Below, in pieces: positions 49,774-63,586 of a stretch of DNA of 64,000 nucleotides. Below the pieces are notes generated by a model that saw only the letters and a list, made by a program, of their open reading frames with translations, was not told the origin of the DNA and searched no databases. The translations under genes and the position numbers were made by a program. Source of the DNA: Octopus bimaculoides (Eukaryota); contig NC_068998.1 of assembly GCF_001194135.2 (NCBI RefSeq), positions 34,482,019-34,546,018 of the forward strand. Direction: 5' to 3'. The first letter of the stretch is position 1. Every line of letters starts with the position of its first letter.

Positions 49774-51376
49774 GTCTTAATCATTCACATTTCCATCTCA
49801 AACAGAGGCTGACCATCTCAAACAGAGGCTGTTCACTCCTTTGGCTGAGATAAATGATGTGTCTAGATCCTATTAACAAGGCTATGGAAAACAATATTTT
49901 CTACAAGAAAACCAATCATCCAAATACTTTTTCATCAACATTGATAAATTGATTTATTTTTTGGGGGTGTAACTGTATTTATTTAGGCCAATGTCCTATT
50001 GTTTTCATTATGTTTGATATCAAAAAGGCTAAATTTATGTTGTTCTTTTAAATATGAAATAGATATTTTTTTATTTCTTATCATATGATGTTATTTTTGT
50101 GATTCTATTATTATTCTGATCCCCATTATTACATTTTATTCTATATTTTTGCATCATGTTATATTATTTTATGGTGCTGTATTGCCTTAATGCACGTTAG
50201 GTATCTTGTATGTGTATTATTGTAATATTCAATTTAACAATACATGTTATCCAATTTAATCTCATATGTTGCCATTCTACACATGCTTTCCATCTTAATG
50301 TCAAAAGTATATCCAAGTTGTAAATGGGATTGTAACGTCAGTAACAACAAATGATGTTGTCTTTAGAAACATGGCAATAAATATTTCAAGTGTGAGAAGA
50401 GAGAGAAAGACATTTAGCATTCATGACGACCCTAATGGCATCTGAAGAAGTGAAACCATGTTAGCTATATTTAGGAATCACTCTTACTTGAAGCTTGCTC
50501 ATTTCTCTAACCTAAAAATTTCTTTGCATTGCTTGGGTAAGAACGAAAAATCAGAACTTACTGTATCTCCTCCCTCTTAAAATAGTGTCATTTGTATGTC
50601 TACTGAAAAGTATGCAAAAATGAGGAAACTTGTTTCAATGAAATATTAAGCTACTCCTTCCTATGAAGCAGAGAACAAGATACAGAGAATAAAGTAATGT
50701 CTACATATGTATTGACCTCTAAATTGTCCTCAAATTACACCAACCAGCTTCCAACCCACCAAAAAAAAAGAGAGAGAATGAACAGATTAGCTTGTGTGGT
50801 CTGACTTCTTCACAGCTGGAACATCTTTAGCTACATAGACAGAGCTGACCTGGATTTAAACAAAATATAACAACAGCCAAACATATTTTGAATTAACGAT
50901 ATCCCACATATGGCTTCTACTAAAATTCCAATAAAATTTCACAGTCCAAACTAAACTGAGAGTTAGGAAGAACCTGAGAAAATAAGATATATCGAAATAA
51001 ATGTTAAAACATAAAAAATATTCATACACCACCCACAAGGTAATACACAGCATAAATCAAAACAAATTAAAATCTAGAATGAACTTGTATAAGCAAAGTA
51101 TTAAAAATAAAATTTAAAAATAGATGATATTTTGGATAGACATTATGATTAGCATATTAATAATTATTGATTTTGCCACAAGACAACGATTTAGGTATTA
51201 CATGGCTGTCTTGGTCATTGCAGCTGTTAGTTTGCAGAAATGTTTAGCCACAAACAGTGGAATTGATTGTCATTCTTTGTTCATGACTGTAGAGTTAAAA
51301 CAAATCAAGATGGTTTAAAATTGATAGTTAAATAATGAGTTACTCACTTTTACGCCTCCTTTTTTATTATTATGAA

Positions 51377-51416
51377 ATCCTCATCATCATCATCGTCGTC
51401 GTCGTCGTCGTCATCG

Positions 51417-51497
<81 letters not shown>
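51377..51497. repeat. (CAT)n/(CGT)n microsatellite
   Basis: Directly visible. Confidence 0.95.
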
Positions 51498-51694
51498 ATA
51501 TAATTTAGTTTTATTTTCGTCAGTTCTACCTTTTGTCTGTTGATTGTCATTGCTCACTGAGTTAAATAAAACTGTCTCAAAAGAAATATATATATATATA
51601 TATATATACATGAATATATAAATAAATGAATATATTAATCGATAAATTTAGCAAATAGNNNNNNNNNNNNNNNNNNNNNNNNNNNNNNNNNNNN

Positions 51695-51742
<48 letters not shown>

Positions 51743-52673
51743 TCCTTTTTAGCAGTTTGTAGCTGCATGTGTCTATATATGTGTATAAGTGTAAAGTTTA
51801 TAGCAATATATATTTACAATTATAGGAAGGTAGACATATAGTCATACATACTCTTCACAGCCACATAGTTTGAGGTTTGGCCCCCACTGCATGGCACTTG
51901 GGCAAGTGTCTTTATTGTTACTCAGTATGGTAAACAGAAGCTGAAAGAAACTCCTCATATATAAGTGAAGAATGGAGTTACTGGCATTATATTTATTCTA
52001 TGGTTTACAATCATTTCTTTAACATATGGGTGACAAATCAAATACCATGCATAAAGAAATGAATGAGAATACTGATATAGTTGTCTCATTTATATAATGC
52101 CTATTATGTAATGATTTCCTCATAGTCATTTAGCCACAACTGAATGAACAAATACTGGATATTTAACTTATAAAGGAAAATTATGGTAATCTCATGAAAA
52201 GTTGTCTCCAAGTTCTAGTAGAAAGCGGCTAATAATGGAATCTCAAAAAGAAACAAATTGGAGTGATTAACTGTATTTTTCAATGTCACCGGTGCCATTC
52301 ATCAGTTAACCCAAGTGTCTACATGTTTGTCTGCCTGGCTCAAAAATCTGGGTAATTTTGGCAACTGGCTTTAAGTTAATGTTTCAGGCAGTGCGAGTGG
52401 GATAAAGGGTTCACTCATCAAAAGTTGAGGTTTGCTAAAGATAAGGATAGAGAAGATGTGTGACTTGGAGAGTGAATCGAAGAGAATTAGAACCCATACA
52501 CTCACACACACTACATTGGCACCATAGACAAAAGAGATAAAATATATATGCCATATACATATATTCCTATATACACAGAGAGATATATCAACTGACTCAC
52601 TCACATTTAGACTAGTAAAGGTTCATATACATACATATATACAATACAAACTCATGTTGGCCATATGTGTGTA

Positions 52674-52717
<44 letters not shown>

Positions 52718-52719
52718 TT

Positions 52720-53040
52720 TGAGGAAACCTTGTCTCCCTTCTAAAGCAAGACATTTTTTGCGCCTCAATTCTGCTCCCCCAGCTGTAGGGTCTTGTTCTG
52801 CAAGTTACTTGGTGACCTCATTGATGCTGGTGCCATGTAAAAAGCACCCAGTACACACTTTAAAGTGGTTGGCATTAGACGGGAACATCCAGCTGTAGAA
52901 ACCATGCCAAAACAGACATCAGAGACCAGTGCAGTCTTCTGACTTACGAATTCCTGTCAAACTCTCCATGCCTACATGGAAAATGGATATTAAATAATGA
53001 TGATAATGATGATGACGATGATGATGGTGATGATGTTGGT
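52720..53040 (+). mobile_element. RTE-tailed repeat with (GAT)n tail
   Basis: caagttacttggtgacc...gctggtgccatgtaaaaagcac...catccagctgtagaaaccatgcc...(gat)n. Confidence 0.75.
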
Positions 53041-53041
53041 G

Positions 53042-53123
<82 letters not shown>

Positions 53124-53153
53124 TAGATAGNNNNNNNNNNTAGATAGATAGAT

Positions 53154-53244
<91 letters not shown>

Positions 53245-53459
53245 TAGATACATAGATAGACATATATGTATATAAATGGTGAATAGGTATTCAGAAAATC
53301 AAACAGAGCTCACAGTAAGCACTCTACATGGGTCGAGCTATCAGATAACACATTAGTTAAGTTTAGGATGTAATTTAATGACATTATTATTCTAGAAATC
53401 CAGGAAGTAAATATTGTGGAGTATATGATTAATGCATTGCAAGAGAAGTATTTATTTTT

Positions 53460-53507
53460 ATGTATACATCTGTTTCGTAATCCATATTCAGTTACGTCAT
53501 CAATACT
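53460..53507 (-). ncRNA. Minimal type-I hammerhead-like motif
   Basis: GTA-TTGATGA-C-GTAA-ctgaatatgga-TTAC-GAAA-CAGATG-TA-TAC. Stems I-III pair, GUA triplet, C3U core variant. Confidence 0.55.
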
Positions 53508-54770
53508 AATTATAAGTTGCATATCAATGGTTTACACTTTACAGTACCCTTCATTTTTATAGACATACATGTAAGTTTGCACACATAATCATATGATAGC
53601 ATAATGAAGTACTGAACAAAACTGCTCTTCAGAACATTTTATGGGCATTAAATATTTAACTCTGTTGTATGAAGTTGGGTCAACCCAATTTATATTGTAT
53701 TGCTAGAATAGAGAAAATTTTCTTGTATACAACATACCCCTCTAGATTTCAGAAACACCCAGTGTACCGAGAACATATCATCACAAATGTTACAATATGA
53801 AAATTTAAAAATAAAGATTATAAATAAAAGTAACAATAACAAAACAAATAAAAAACATTAATATGTTGTATATATGTAAGGCAATGAGCTAGCAGAATTG
53901 TTAGTATCATGGGCTGTTTTTACATTCTGAGTTCAAATTCCACCAAGGTCGACTTTGCCTTCCATCCTTTCAGGGTTAATAAAGAAGCATTAGTCAAGCA
54001 CTTGGGTCAATGTAATCAACTTTCCTCCTCTCCTAAACTTACTGGCCATGTGCCAAAATTTGAAACTAATATATTGGGTGTGTGTGTGTGTCTGTGTGTG
54101 TGTATTTACATTTGCATTTTATGAAGATCACATGCTATATGTGGTGTGTCTGTGTATACTTGTCTTGTCAACAAATTATCTACTGATAGCCATATATTCA
54201 CTAACACAGGTGTGTGTGTGATTGTGTGTGTATGTGTGTGTGATGTGTGAATATATTTATATACTTGTGTGTGTGTATATGCCTATGCTTATATTATTCA
54301 TATGTTTTTTTTTCAGAACCCACAATTCAATATTTTCACTGGGGCTGTAGGTTCTAATCCAGCTATATGAACTCTGCTTTAGTATCAAAATAAGAAAATA
54401 CTGTGTTATACTCTTTGTTAAAGCTTTACCAAACATTGTTGTACAGGAGTAGAAAAATATTATACATAGGTTATGTCTTGTATTTTGTAATATGGTTAAT
54501 ATTGTTTTCTTTTTAATATAAAATGAAAAATAATAGATAGCAATTCTCAAGGTAGAAGAGGTGATATGTATATAACAAGTAATATAGCTTTCAGAAATGA
54601 TATCTTCTAACACTGCATTTTTATTATTACCTGTGTGGGATTTTATTTCATTTAAAGAACCAAATGTTTCAGACAAGATATGATTTCAAATGAAATTATA
54701 TATTTCTTCAGTCATTTAATTATTTTTTCGTAATAGTGAAGAAATTTCAAATGGTACTGTTGCTGTTGCA

Positions 54771-54917
54771 TCTTCTTCTTCTTCTTCTTCTTCTTCTTCT
54801 TCTTCTTCTTCTTCTTCTTCTTCTTCTTCTTCTTCTTCTTCTTCTTCTTCTTCTTCTTCTTCTTCTTCTTCTTCTTCTTCTTCTTCTTCTTCTTCTTCTT
54901 CTTCTTCTTCTTCTTCT
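54771..54917. repeat. Pure (TTC)n microsatellite, about 49 units
   Basis: Directly visible. Confidence 0.95.
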
Positions 54918-55609
54918 TTCATAGTAGTAGTAGTAGTAGTAGTATATTTCATTGCAGAGTATGGATTTAAAATACTGACTTTTGTTGTTTTCTTCCTTCA
55001 TCTTAAAAGTCAAACTTTAACAAAAGGCCCTAAATAGAAAGTAGAGTAGATTAGATTATGGACAGCTTCAAGTTGAGTGAATATTTGAAGCAGTTGCATG
55101 CCTTGCTTTGCTGTTCAGCCATTTAAGTAAAAGTGATGGCATTTTAGGAATTTAACCTACTGCTCCAGTGATAATTGGTATAACTTACACTTTTGCAGTT
55201 GAACACACCTAGATTCTTGATATCTCTACTTGAAAGTAGCATAGTTTAAGAAACTTTTCTGCATTTTTATCTGCAATGTTTTTGTTCAAAGCAATTTCAA
55301 CATTTATAATTGAAATGTTAATTTTGTTGTTATAACGACACTTAATCTGCAGTGTTCAATTGTTTTCTCTATCTGGATATCAAAATCCCAGAGAATTTTG
55401 ATTTCTAAGTTCAGTTAGAGCCTTTTCTACTCCATAATTATATCACCAGTCTGAAATATGGGATCCATATTTTTACAAAGTAACCAGTGTAAATTAAGAT
55501 GAACCTTATAATAATAATTCTTGTACTTCTTCTGAGGTAGCATTTTGTAACTTGCTACAATATACTGAATATTTTTCTCTTGCTGATAATAGAGGTAGAT
55601 ATATCTTTT

Positions 55610-55965
55610 TTTTCTATCTTTTACTTGCTTCAGTCATTAGATGGCAGCCAAGCTGGAGCCCCGCCTTGAGGAATTTTTAGTCAAATGAATTGACCAGCAG
55701 TGCTTATGATAGTATTTTAAACCTGGTACTTATTCTGTCAGTATCCTTTGCTGAATGGCTAAGTTATGGGGATATAAGCACACCAACACTAGTTGTCAAG
55801 CAGTAGTAGGGGACAAACTCATATATAAACATGATAGGCTTCTTTCAGTTTCCATCTACCAGATCCACTAACAAAGCTTTGAACTGCTTGAGGTTATAGT
55901 ACAAGATACTCACGCTAGGTGCCAGACATTGGAACTGAACTTGAGGCAAATAAATACACTTGCTC
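55610..55965 (-). mobile_element. Family-A SINE, decayed
   Basis: gctaagttatggggatataagcacacc...ttctttcagtttccatctaccagatccac. Confidence 0.7.
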
Positions 55966-57389
55966 ATTGAATTTGTGCTTAGAGCTTGATCTGCAGCAGC
56001 TACAACTATTCTGATTTGGTATGTTTTCTTTTCCTTACATTCAACGCAAGTCATTATTGTTGTTGTTGTTATTGGTAGTAGCAGCAGAAGAGGAGATAGT
56101 GGCAGTGGCAGCAGCAGTCACAGTAGGGGAAGCAGTGACATGGTTGTTGTTATTTGTAACTTAAACAGTTAAGGTACTTTCCAAGAATATTCATATTATT
56201 TTGATTCTGTTTTTCTTCTGCAATGAAATGATAGTTTATATCATAATTCAAATGCATCAATTGCTTTGAATTCCTTCTTTGAATCAAAACTAAAGTTTAT
56301 AATCAAATGTTATAAAACTTTCTTTCGTATGCCAAGCATTTAGTTCAGAAATATCAATCTGAATTTATGTCCAGCCTTAAACTGGACATAATTTCAATTT
56401 TTGTTGTCCATATGATTTAAATCTTTATTAGATTTATCGGGTTAAAATCAGACACATCTGACAACTCTGCTCACAGATATCATCACTCATTCATTTACAG
56501 AATAAAAGGCATTTGTTTCATAGAAGAAATAGACAGGTTCTGGCAAAAATGCAAGAAAATAAATATATCCGTAAAGCAACATGTTTGTTAATATTTGTGG
56601 CACTCTAGCTTCTTTGAATGAAAATTGTGTGGCTTCAATAATTTTGATAGTTTCACCTGATTTTTCAACACATTCCTGAATGCATTTGACATTTATTCAT
56701 GTTTTGCATTTAGTAAGTTTCCTTATTTGTGGCTATTTCGTTTTTCTTTCTGGAGTCTTTCTCTGGTGGTGATTGTGGGGAATGTTTGATATCATGAACT
56801 GTGTGTTTTATAGTATTATTTTCGTGAAAACCAATCCAATGAAGAAGTAAAAATCACATATGTTATTTATTAAGGCTATGCTGTATGAATATGTTTTGAG
56901 AGCCTTGATTATTTATGAAATCAAGCAATGCCATTAAGATAATAAGTAATTAATCTCTGATAGGTTTTAATTCTCCATATCTCCATGATAACCCTGTTAC
57001 ACTTTGAGATTTAGTCTCCATTGAGTATAATGCATTCAAAGATGGCATGTCATTTAATCTAACCTCCAGAGACTTGAAGAGGCTCTGACTAGTCTCAGAC
57101 CTATTGCAGAGTGGTTCTGCACTTATTGTCATCTCTAGGAAAGCAAGATATATCCATAAAGGTAGACATAGATGGCAAGCACAGGACACACATTTATTTT
57201 TGTTGTGAAACATCTCATCAAAACATTTTTCAACAGTTTTGTAGAGTTTCACCTCTTGCCTTCTGAGTACAGTTTTAACCAATTCATAGAAAACACTAAA
57301 GCACTTCATTCACAAGGTATTTTTTTCTTTGGTGATAAATCTGAGTCATATTGCAGCTTGCTCATTTCTTCTGACATACTCTTTACTCT

Positions 57390-57795
57390 TTTACTCTTTT
57401 ACTTGTTTCAGTCATTTGACTGCGGCCATGCTGGAGCAACGCTTTTTAGTCAATCAAATCGACCCCAGGACTTATTCTTTGTAAGCCTAGTACTTATTCA
57501 ATCGGTCTCTTTTGCCGAACCCCTAGGTGACGGGGACGTAAACACACCATCATCAGTTGTCAAGCGATGTTGGGGGGACAAACACAGACACACAAACATA
57601 TACACACACATACATATATATATATACATATATATTACGGGCTTCTTTCAGTTTCTGTCTACCAAATCCACTCACAAGGCTTTGGTCAGCCCGAGGCTAT
57701 AGTAGAAAACACTTGCCCAAGGTGCCATGCAATGGGACTGTACCCAGAACCATGTGGTTGGTAAGCAAGCTACTTACCACGCAGTCACTCCTGTG
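57390..57795 (-). mobile_element. Family-A SINE, near full length
   Basis: Both modules with internal (CA)(TA) tract; high CpG retention. Confidence 0.9.
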
Positions 57796-58171
57796 CCTAA
57801 CATCTAGCATTTCATGAATGATGATGGAATATTTTAAACACTTTTTCGCATTGCTTACCTAAAAACTACCTTAACTATGACATCAAAACTATTTTGAATA
57901 TCAACTGAAATTCACTTCTTGTATGCAACTAACTGACATGGAAAACGTTGAAGTTTTTAAAAAGTATCATAGTTAATATCATGAACTTTGTCCAAGTTAG
58001 TGTGGCCCTCTGTTTAGTTAAGTTTCTTTTAACAGTGAATAATTAAGTTTCAGACTGGTGGTACAATCATGTCATAGAAAAGGCTTTAAGTGAACTTGGA
58101 AATCAAAATTCTCTGGGATTTTGACATCTAGACTGAGGAAACCACTGAACACGGCAGATTATCATTGGTAA

Positions 58172-58710
58172 TAAGGTTGCTTCTCAACCACATGGTTCCA
58201 GGTTCAGTCCGTGAGCATGTGTCTTCTATTACAGCCCTGGGGCCAACCAAAGCCTTGTAAATGAATTTGGTGGATGGTAACTGAATGAAGCTCATTGTAT
58301 ATGTGTATGTGTGTATGCATGTGTGTGTGTGTGTGTTTATCCCCCATACCACTTGACAAGCTTGCAATTTGGCAAAAGAAAGTCCAATATAATAAGTGCT
58401 GCTACGTTCTGAGTTCAAATTCCGCCGAGGTCAACTTTGCCTTTCATCCTTTCGGGGTCGATTAAATAAGTACCAGTTATGCACTGGGTTCAGTATAATC
58501 GACTTAATCCATTTGTCTGTCCTTGTTTGTCCCCTCTGTGTGTAACCCCTTGTGGGAAGTAAATAAATAACAAATATAATAAGTCCCAGACTTAAAAAAA
58601 AAGAAAGAAATAGTGAAGTCAACTACTTTAACAAAAATCCCTTCAAGGTGATGCCCCAGCATGGCCACAGTCGCATGACTGAAAGAAGTAAATGACAAAA
58701 GATAAAAAAT
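58172..58710 (+). mobile_element. Family-A SINE interrupted by a younger family-B SINE
   Basis: 3' module split at aatataataagt and resuming at 58573. Confidence 0.7.
58398..58572 (+). mobile_element. Young 5'-truncated family-B SINE with 12-bp TSD
   Basis: gttctgagttcaaattccgccgaggtcaactttgcctttcatcctttcggggtcg; TSD AATATAATAAGT at 58386-58397 and 58573-58584. Confidence 0.85.
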
Positions 58711-58949
58711 ATGTATGTATATGTATGCATGTTTCAGTGTGTATATATTTCCCTTGTCTTGATATGTGCATGTTAAATATAAACAAAAGTCACTGTTAAT
58801 CAAAGACAGTGTTATTGTATATTATTCCTTCTCAGATGCCTATTCAGCCATTGAGGTTTTCACTGTTAAAAGGACAAAGGGAAATATTACCTGACTTGCA
58901 ACTGAGTGAAGATATGCAACAGGAAGAACATCTGCACCTTTAACCATTT

Positions 58950-59292
58950 ACGTGTTTCTGTCATTAGACTGTGCACATGCCTTGAAGAATTTTTAGTTAA
59001 ATGAATTGACTCCAGTAGTCTTTATTTTAATCCTGTAACTTATTCTGTTGATTTCTTTTGCCATAAACATACTAACACAAGTTATGAAGCAGTGGTGGGG
59101 TCCAAAAACATGCACACATACACACACATATTCGATGGGTTTCTTTCAGTTTCCATCTACCAAATCCACTCATAAGGCTTTAGTTGACCTGAGGCTATAG
59201 TAGAAGACATTTGCCTAATGTGCCATGGCAATGGGACTGAACTCAGAACCATGTGTTTGGGAAGCAAGCTTCTTACCACAGAGCCACACCTG
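58950..59292 (-). mobile_element. Family-A SINE, decayed
   Basis: ttctttcagtttccatctaccaaatccactcataaggcttt...caagcttcttaccac. Confidence 0.7.
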
Positions 59293-59349
59293 CTTCAACA
59301 AAATTTATCTCATACATGCAAGTATGAAAAAGTGGACATTGATGTCAAT

Positions 59350-59660
59350 CATATTGACCCCAACAACTTATTTCAGTTTAGTTCTTTCATCTATTCATCC
59401 ATCTTCTTCACCCACTATTTCTGGGAAGAATGTTAGGATAGAGTCCTCAGGCACAACCTCTACAAGGGTCCTGTCAGAAGCAACCATTATTACACTTCCT
59501 GGCTGGATTCTCAAGTGTAACTACCTGATATTATCCAACCATCTCATTCTTGGTCTACCCCAAGGTCTCCAGCTATTTGACTTGGCTACAAGACTCCATC
59601 TCTTGATACTTTCCAACAACATTCTATTCATATGTCTGTTGTATCAGAATTGAGACCTAT
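59350..59660 (-). mobile_element. RTE LINE ORF2 C-terminal relic
   Basis: Minus strand WGRPRMRWLDNIR...VASDRT. Confidence 0.6.
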
Positions 59661-59796
59661 CAATACAGTGGAGTAGTAGCTCAACCTACTAGTACTTAAA
59701 TTATCAATTGTTATTTATTGAATGGCTGTGTTTCAGTTGTTTTTAAATAAAGGGAGGCACAGAGAGCTACAGAAATATAATCAAACAAACCCATTG

Positions 59797-59835
<39 letters not shown>

Positions 59836-61050
59836 TACTCACAAATAAAGTTTGCGTGATAGTGCGTGAGTTGAGAGTGTTTGTAAAAGAAAATAATTAA
59901 TTGAAAGGCGTTCTAAATATTCCAATTATTTTGTTAAATAAACCAATCGTTAATGCAATATATTTTATAATTCCTCCAATCGGAAATAGACAATGGCTAT
60001 ACACAAAATTTCTTGAAATATCNNNNNNNNNNNNNNNNNNNNNNNNNNNNNNNNNNNNNNNNNNNNNNNNNNNNNNNNNNNNNNNNNNNNNNNNNNNNNN
60101 NNNNNNNNNNNNNNNNNNNNNNNNNNNNNNNNNNNNNNNNNNNNNNNNNNNNNNNNNNNNNNNNNNNNNNNNNNNNNNNNNNNNNNNNNNNNNNNNNNNN
60201 NNNNNNNNNNNNNNNNNNNNNNNNNNNNNNNNNNNNNNNNNNNNNNNNNNNNNNNNNNNNNNNNNNNNNNNNNNNNNNNNNNNNNNNNNNNNNNNNNNNN
60301 NNNNNNNNNNNNNNNNNNNNNNNNNNNNNNNNNNNNNNNNNNNNNNNNNNNNNNNNNNNNNNNNNNNNNNNNNNNNNNNNNNNNNNNNNNNNNNNNNNNN
60401 NNNNNNNNNNNNNNNNNNNNNNNNNNNNNNNNNNNNNNNNNNNNNNNNNNNNNNNNNNNNNNNNNNNNNNNNNNNNNNNNNNNNNNNNNNNNNNNNNNNN
60501 NNNNNNNNNNNNNNNNNNNNNNNNNNNNNNNNNNNNNNNNNNNNNNNNNNNNNNNNNNNNNNNNNNNNNNNNNNNNNNNNNNNNNNNNNNNNNNNNNNNN
60601 NNNNNNNNNNNNNNNNNNNNNNNNNNNNNNNNNNNNNNNNNNNNNNNNNNNNNNNNNNNNNNNNNNNNNNNNNNNNNNNNNNNNNNNNNNNNNNNNNNNN
60701 NNNNNNNNNNNNNNNNNNNNNNNNNNNNNNNNNNNNNNNNNNNNNNNNNNNNNNNNNNNNNNNNNNNNNNNNNNNNNNNNNNNNNNNNNNNNNNNNNNNN
60801 NNNNNNNNNNNNNNNNNNNNNNNNNNNNNNNNNNNNNNNNNNNNNNNNNNNNNNNNNNNNNNNNNNNNNNNNNNNNNNNNNNNNNNNNNNNNNNNNNNNN
60901 NNNNNNNNNNNNNNNNNNNNNNNNNNNNNNNAATTTTATATATATATAAAATCTTATTTCTACATGTGTATATTGATATATATCTATCTTATTTATTTAT
61001 GTGTGTGTGTGTATATATGTATGTATGTGTGGTGGTTGTGGTGGTGGTGG

Positions 61051-61107
<57 letters not shown>

Positions 61108-61567
61108 GGTAGAAGAATGTATATAGCCAGCCAAATGCCAGAAACGTGAGTGTGGAGAAGAAAAAGTCATATGAATGCTTGTGACATGGCGGGTGCCAAA
61201 ATGTCTGGCAGAAACCATTCTTCTCATTTTGTGAATCTATCCCTGGCACTGAAGACAGACAGAGAATATAAATGATGTTAATTATTTTACTAATATTGGC
61301 ATTACATATCCTCTTGCATCTTTACAGAAGTGTGTGTGTTTTCAGCTTGTTTTGGTATTTTTGTTTGCATGTATGTGTTGGTTGTTTAGTGTTTGTGCAT
61401 GCATACAGATGAACATGCCTGTGTCACTATACGCATGCTTGTCTAAGTATATCTTCTATTGTATGCTCACAGACGGACACACATACATATATGTACTTGG
61501 AAATACACACACACACGTGCATGCACACAGACTCACACACACACACACACCGATGCACACACAGATG

Positions 61568-61611
<44 letters not shown>

Positions 61612-61699
61612 GAGGAGTTTACTGTGATTTCAAGTTTAGGTTCTTGAATTATTTGAACAAAGCCATAAGAGGCAAAGTATGAACTCCCATTCAACTCCT

Positions 61700-62150
61700 A
61701 CATACAACACCCACCTCTTTTTCCTGAATGATTTCCTTCTCAATTCCTCTAAGTAAATCTATTTCCTCCAACAATCTCCAAACTTTTCCAAATCACTAAC
61801 ACTGTTTTCCCATAATTCTTCCTGCATCAAGAACATCTAGCTCTTTCTGAATTAATCATCCACCATGACTTCAATGCTCACATTTATCCCATACTGATGG
61901 GATACTATTCAGCAACCAGATAGTTTACATTCTTCAACTCCCTCCGATGATTGAGTTTGTCCCCTATTTACATCTCTGATGAACAAACTTCAAATAACAT
62001 TCATCTCTTTATTGCCCCTAAACCTATCCTGTATGAAATTATAATTGTCTCTGAACATTGCTTTAGCATGACTTCTCACATCCACATTCCATATAACCTC
62101 CCTCATCTCCTAGGGTCCCCAGGCTACATCAAGTCTCTTAGGTGGTCGGG
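61700..62150 (+). mobile_element. CR1/Jockey-type LINE endonuclease relic
   Basis: HDFNAH (GDFN motif) and NNIHLFI...SEH (LDL...SDH-like) in C/T-rich sequence; many stops. Confidence 0.45.
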
Positions 62151-62229
62151 GATCTGAAAGCTCTATATTTTTGGTGATACATATGCTTCACCTCTGACCC
62201 TTCAGACAAAGCTATATATATGATGTCAT

Positions 62230-63586
62230 CGTTTTAAAGTCTCTGCACTGCCCAGATGCAACCAAAACTCACAGCCTTAAGTGGTTCATTCATAGCTGTG
62301 TTGCAGCAGTTCAAGCAAAGAGCATAAACTGCATGCTAAGAGAAAAGTTCATCTTTCATTACTGACTCCATCCAAAACGCAGTGTATATTTCCTAAGCAT
62401 TCTTGTCCCATCAGATGCAGCCATTCCTTTTAGTTTCTTTTCAAACTGATTTCTAACATTGTTGAATTCACTTTTTGTCTACTTCTCAAACAAACTGGAA
62501 CTTCGTCAATTACAATGACATTGCTTCCAGCATTGATGACTCAGAGAGTATCTTAGTTTTTTCCTCAGAAAAAGGCCTGGATGATATAGAAAGCTCAGAA
62601 AATTGGGCCTGTGATGGGACTTTTAAGGTGTCTCTTAGTTTGTGGTGTCAGCTTTTCACACTACATATCACCATTGGAGGATCATGTGTACCCAGGCCAT
62701 TTGTCTGACTTCCTGACCAAAAAAGAAGCCTCATGTCATCGGGTTCTGTCTGCCGTGTAAGATTTAGGGGCAAATTGTAGGCCTGTGACCTGTCTCATGG
62801 ATTTTGAAAAAGCTCTCCATAATTCATTTAGAACAGTCTATTTGGTAGAAGATATGTACACTTGGTAGGAGTAGACGATACAACATGGACGAAAGTTTTC
62901 AGCTTAAAATTAAGTGTTTTTATGCTTTAGCATTTTTACCTATTGAAGACATTATCAATGGATTTGAAAATTTGCCTGAAGATGAAAGCATCTCTTCTGA
63001 GTTTATCACTTATTTTGAGAGTGCATACATTGGGACTGTAAGGGGGTGTGGTCTTCGTCGATGAAGAGAAACCCCACAGTTTCGTATCCAACTCTGAAAT
63101 ATAAGCGATTGCATTCTAAATGACTTGCCAAGAGCAAATGATTTGGTAGAAAGGTTCCACAATGCTTTGTGGTCATCGATAATATCCACACATCCAAATT
63201 TGTGGAAACTTTGCAATGCCCTTAAGACTGAAGAAGGCTTAAGACAGAAGAAAATTGTGCACATTTGATTTGGGTACTCGACAACAAAAGAAAAAAAAAG
63301 TCCTATCAAATGATTGATGCATGACTAAAGAAGCTAGCTGAGAATTATCAGTCTGAAAATGCTCTGTAATTTTAAAGAAATATCGCATGCAATTTATCGT
63401 AAAGGAATTTTCTAAAATATATTAAACATTTTATCATAGCTTTATTTTTATGTTCTCGCTGTCATTTTTATCTTAATGTGTGAATAAAATGTGATCTAAG
63501 ATGCATTCATATTTCCTAGAGTGAAATTTACCACAGTGGAATTTACCACAGTGGAATTTACCTTAGTGGAATTTACCTTAGTGGAA
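62230..63586 (+). mobile_element. Mutator-like (MULE) transposase relic with terminal 14-bp tandem array
   Basis: WACDGTFK...QLFTLH, CLMDFEKALHNSF, FITYFESAYIG, LPRANDLVERFHNAL...HPNLWKL. About 5 units of GTGGAATTTACC(A/T)(C/T)A at ~63517-63586. Confidence 0.8.

Noticed and set aside
49793-49832. 20-bp tandem duplication ccatctcaaacagaggctg
   Set aside because: Ordinary slippage duplication with no further structure.
50444-50475. CTGAAGAAGTGAAAC hammerhead-like string
   Set aside because: No stem II and no correctly placed UH triplet.
51350-51550. Poly-Asp ORF followed by a GTGAGT donor
   Set aside because: Dominated by a (GAT)n microsatellite, the stop precedes the donor, and there is no clear acceptor.
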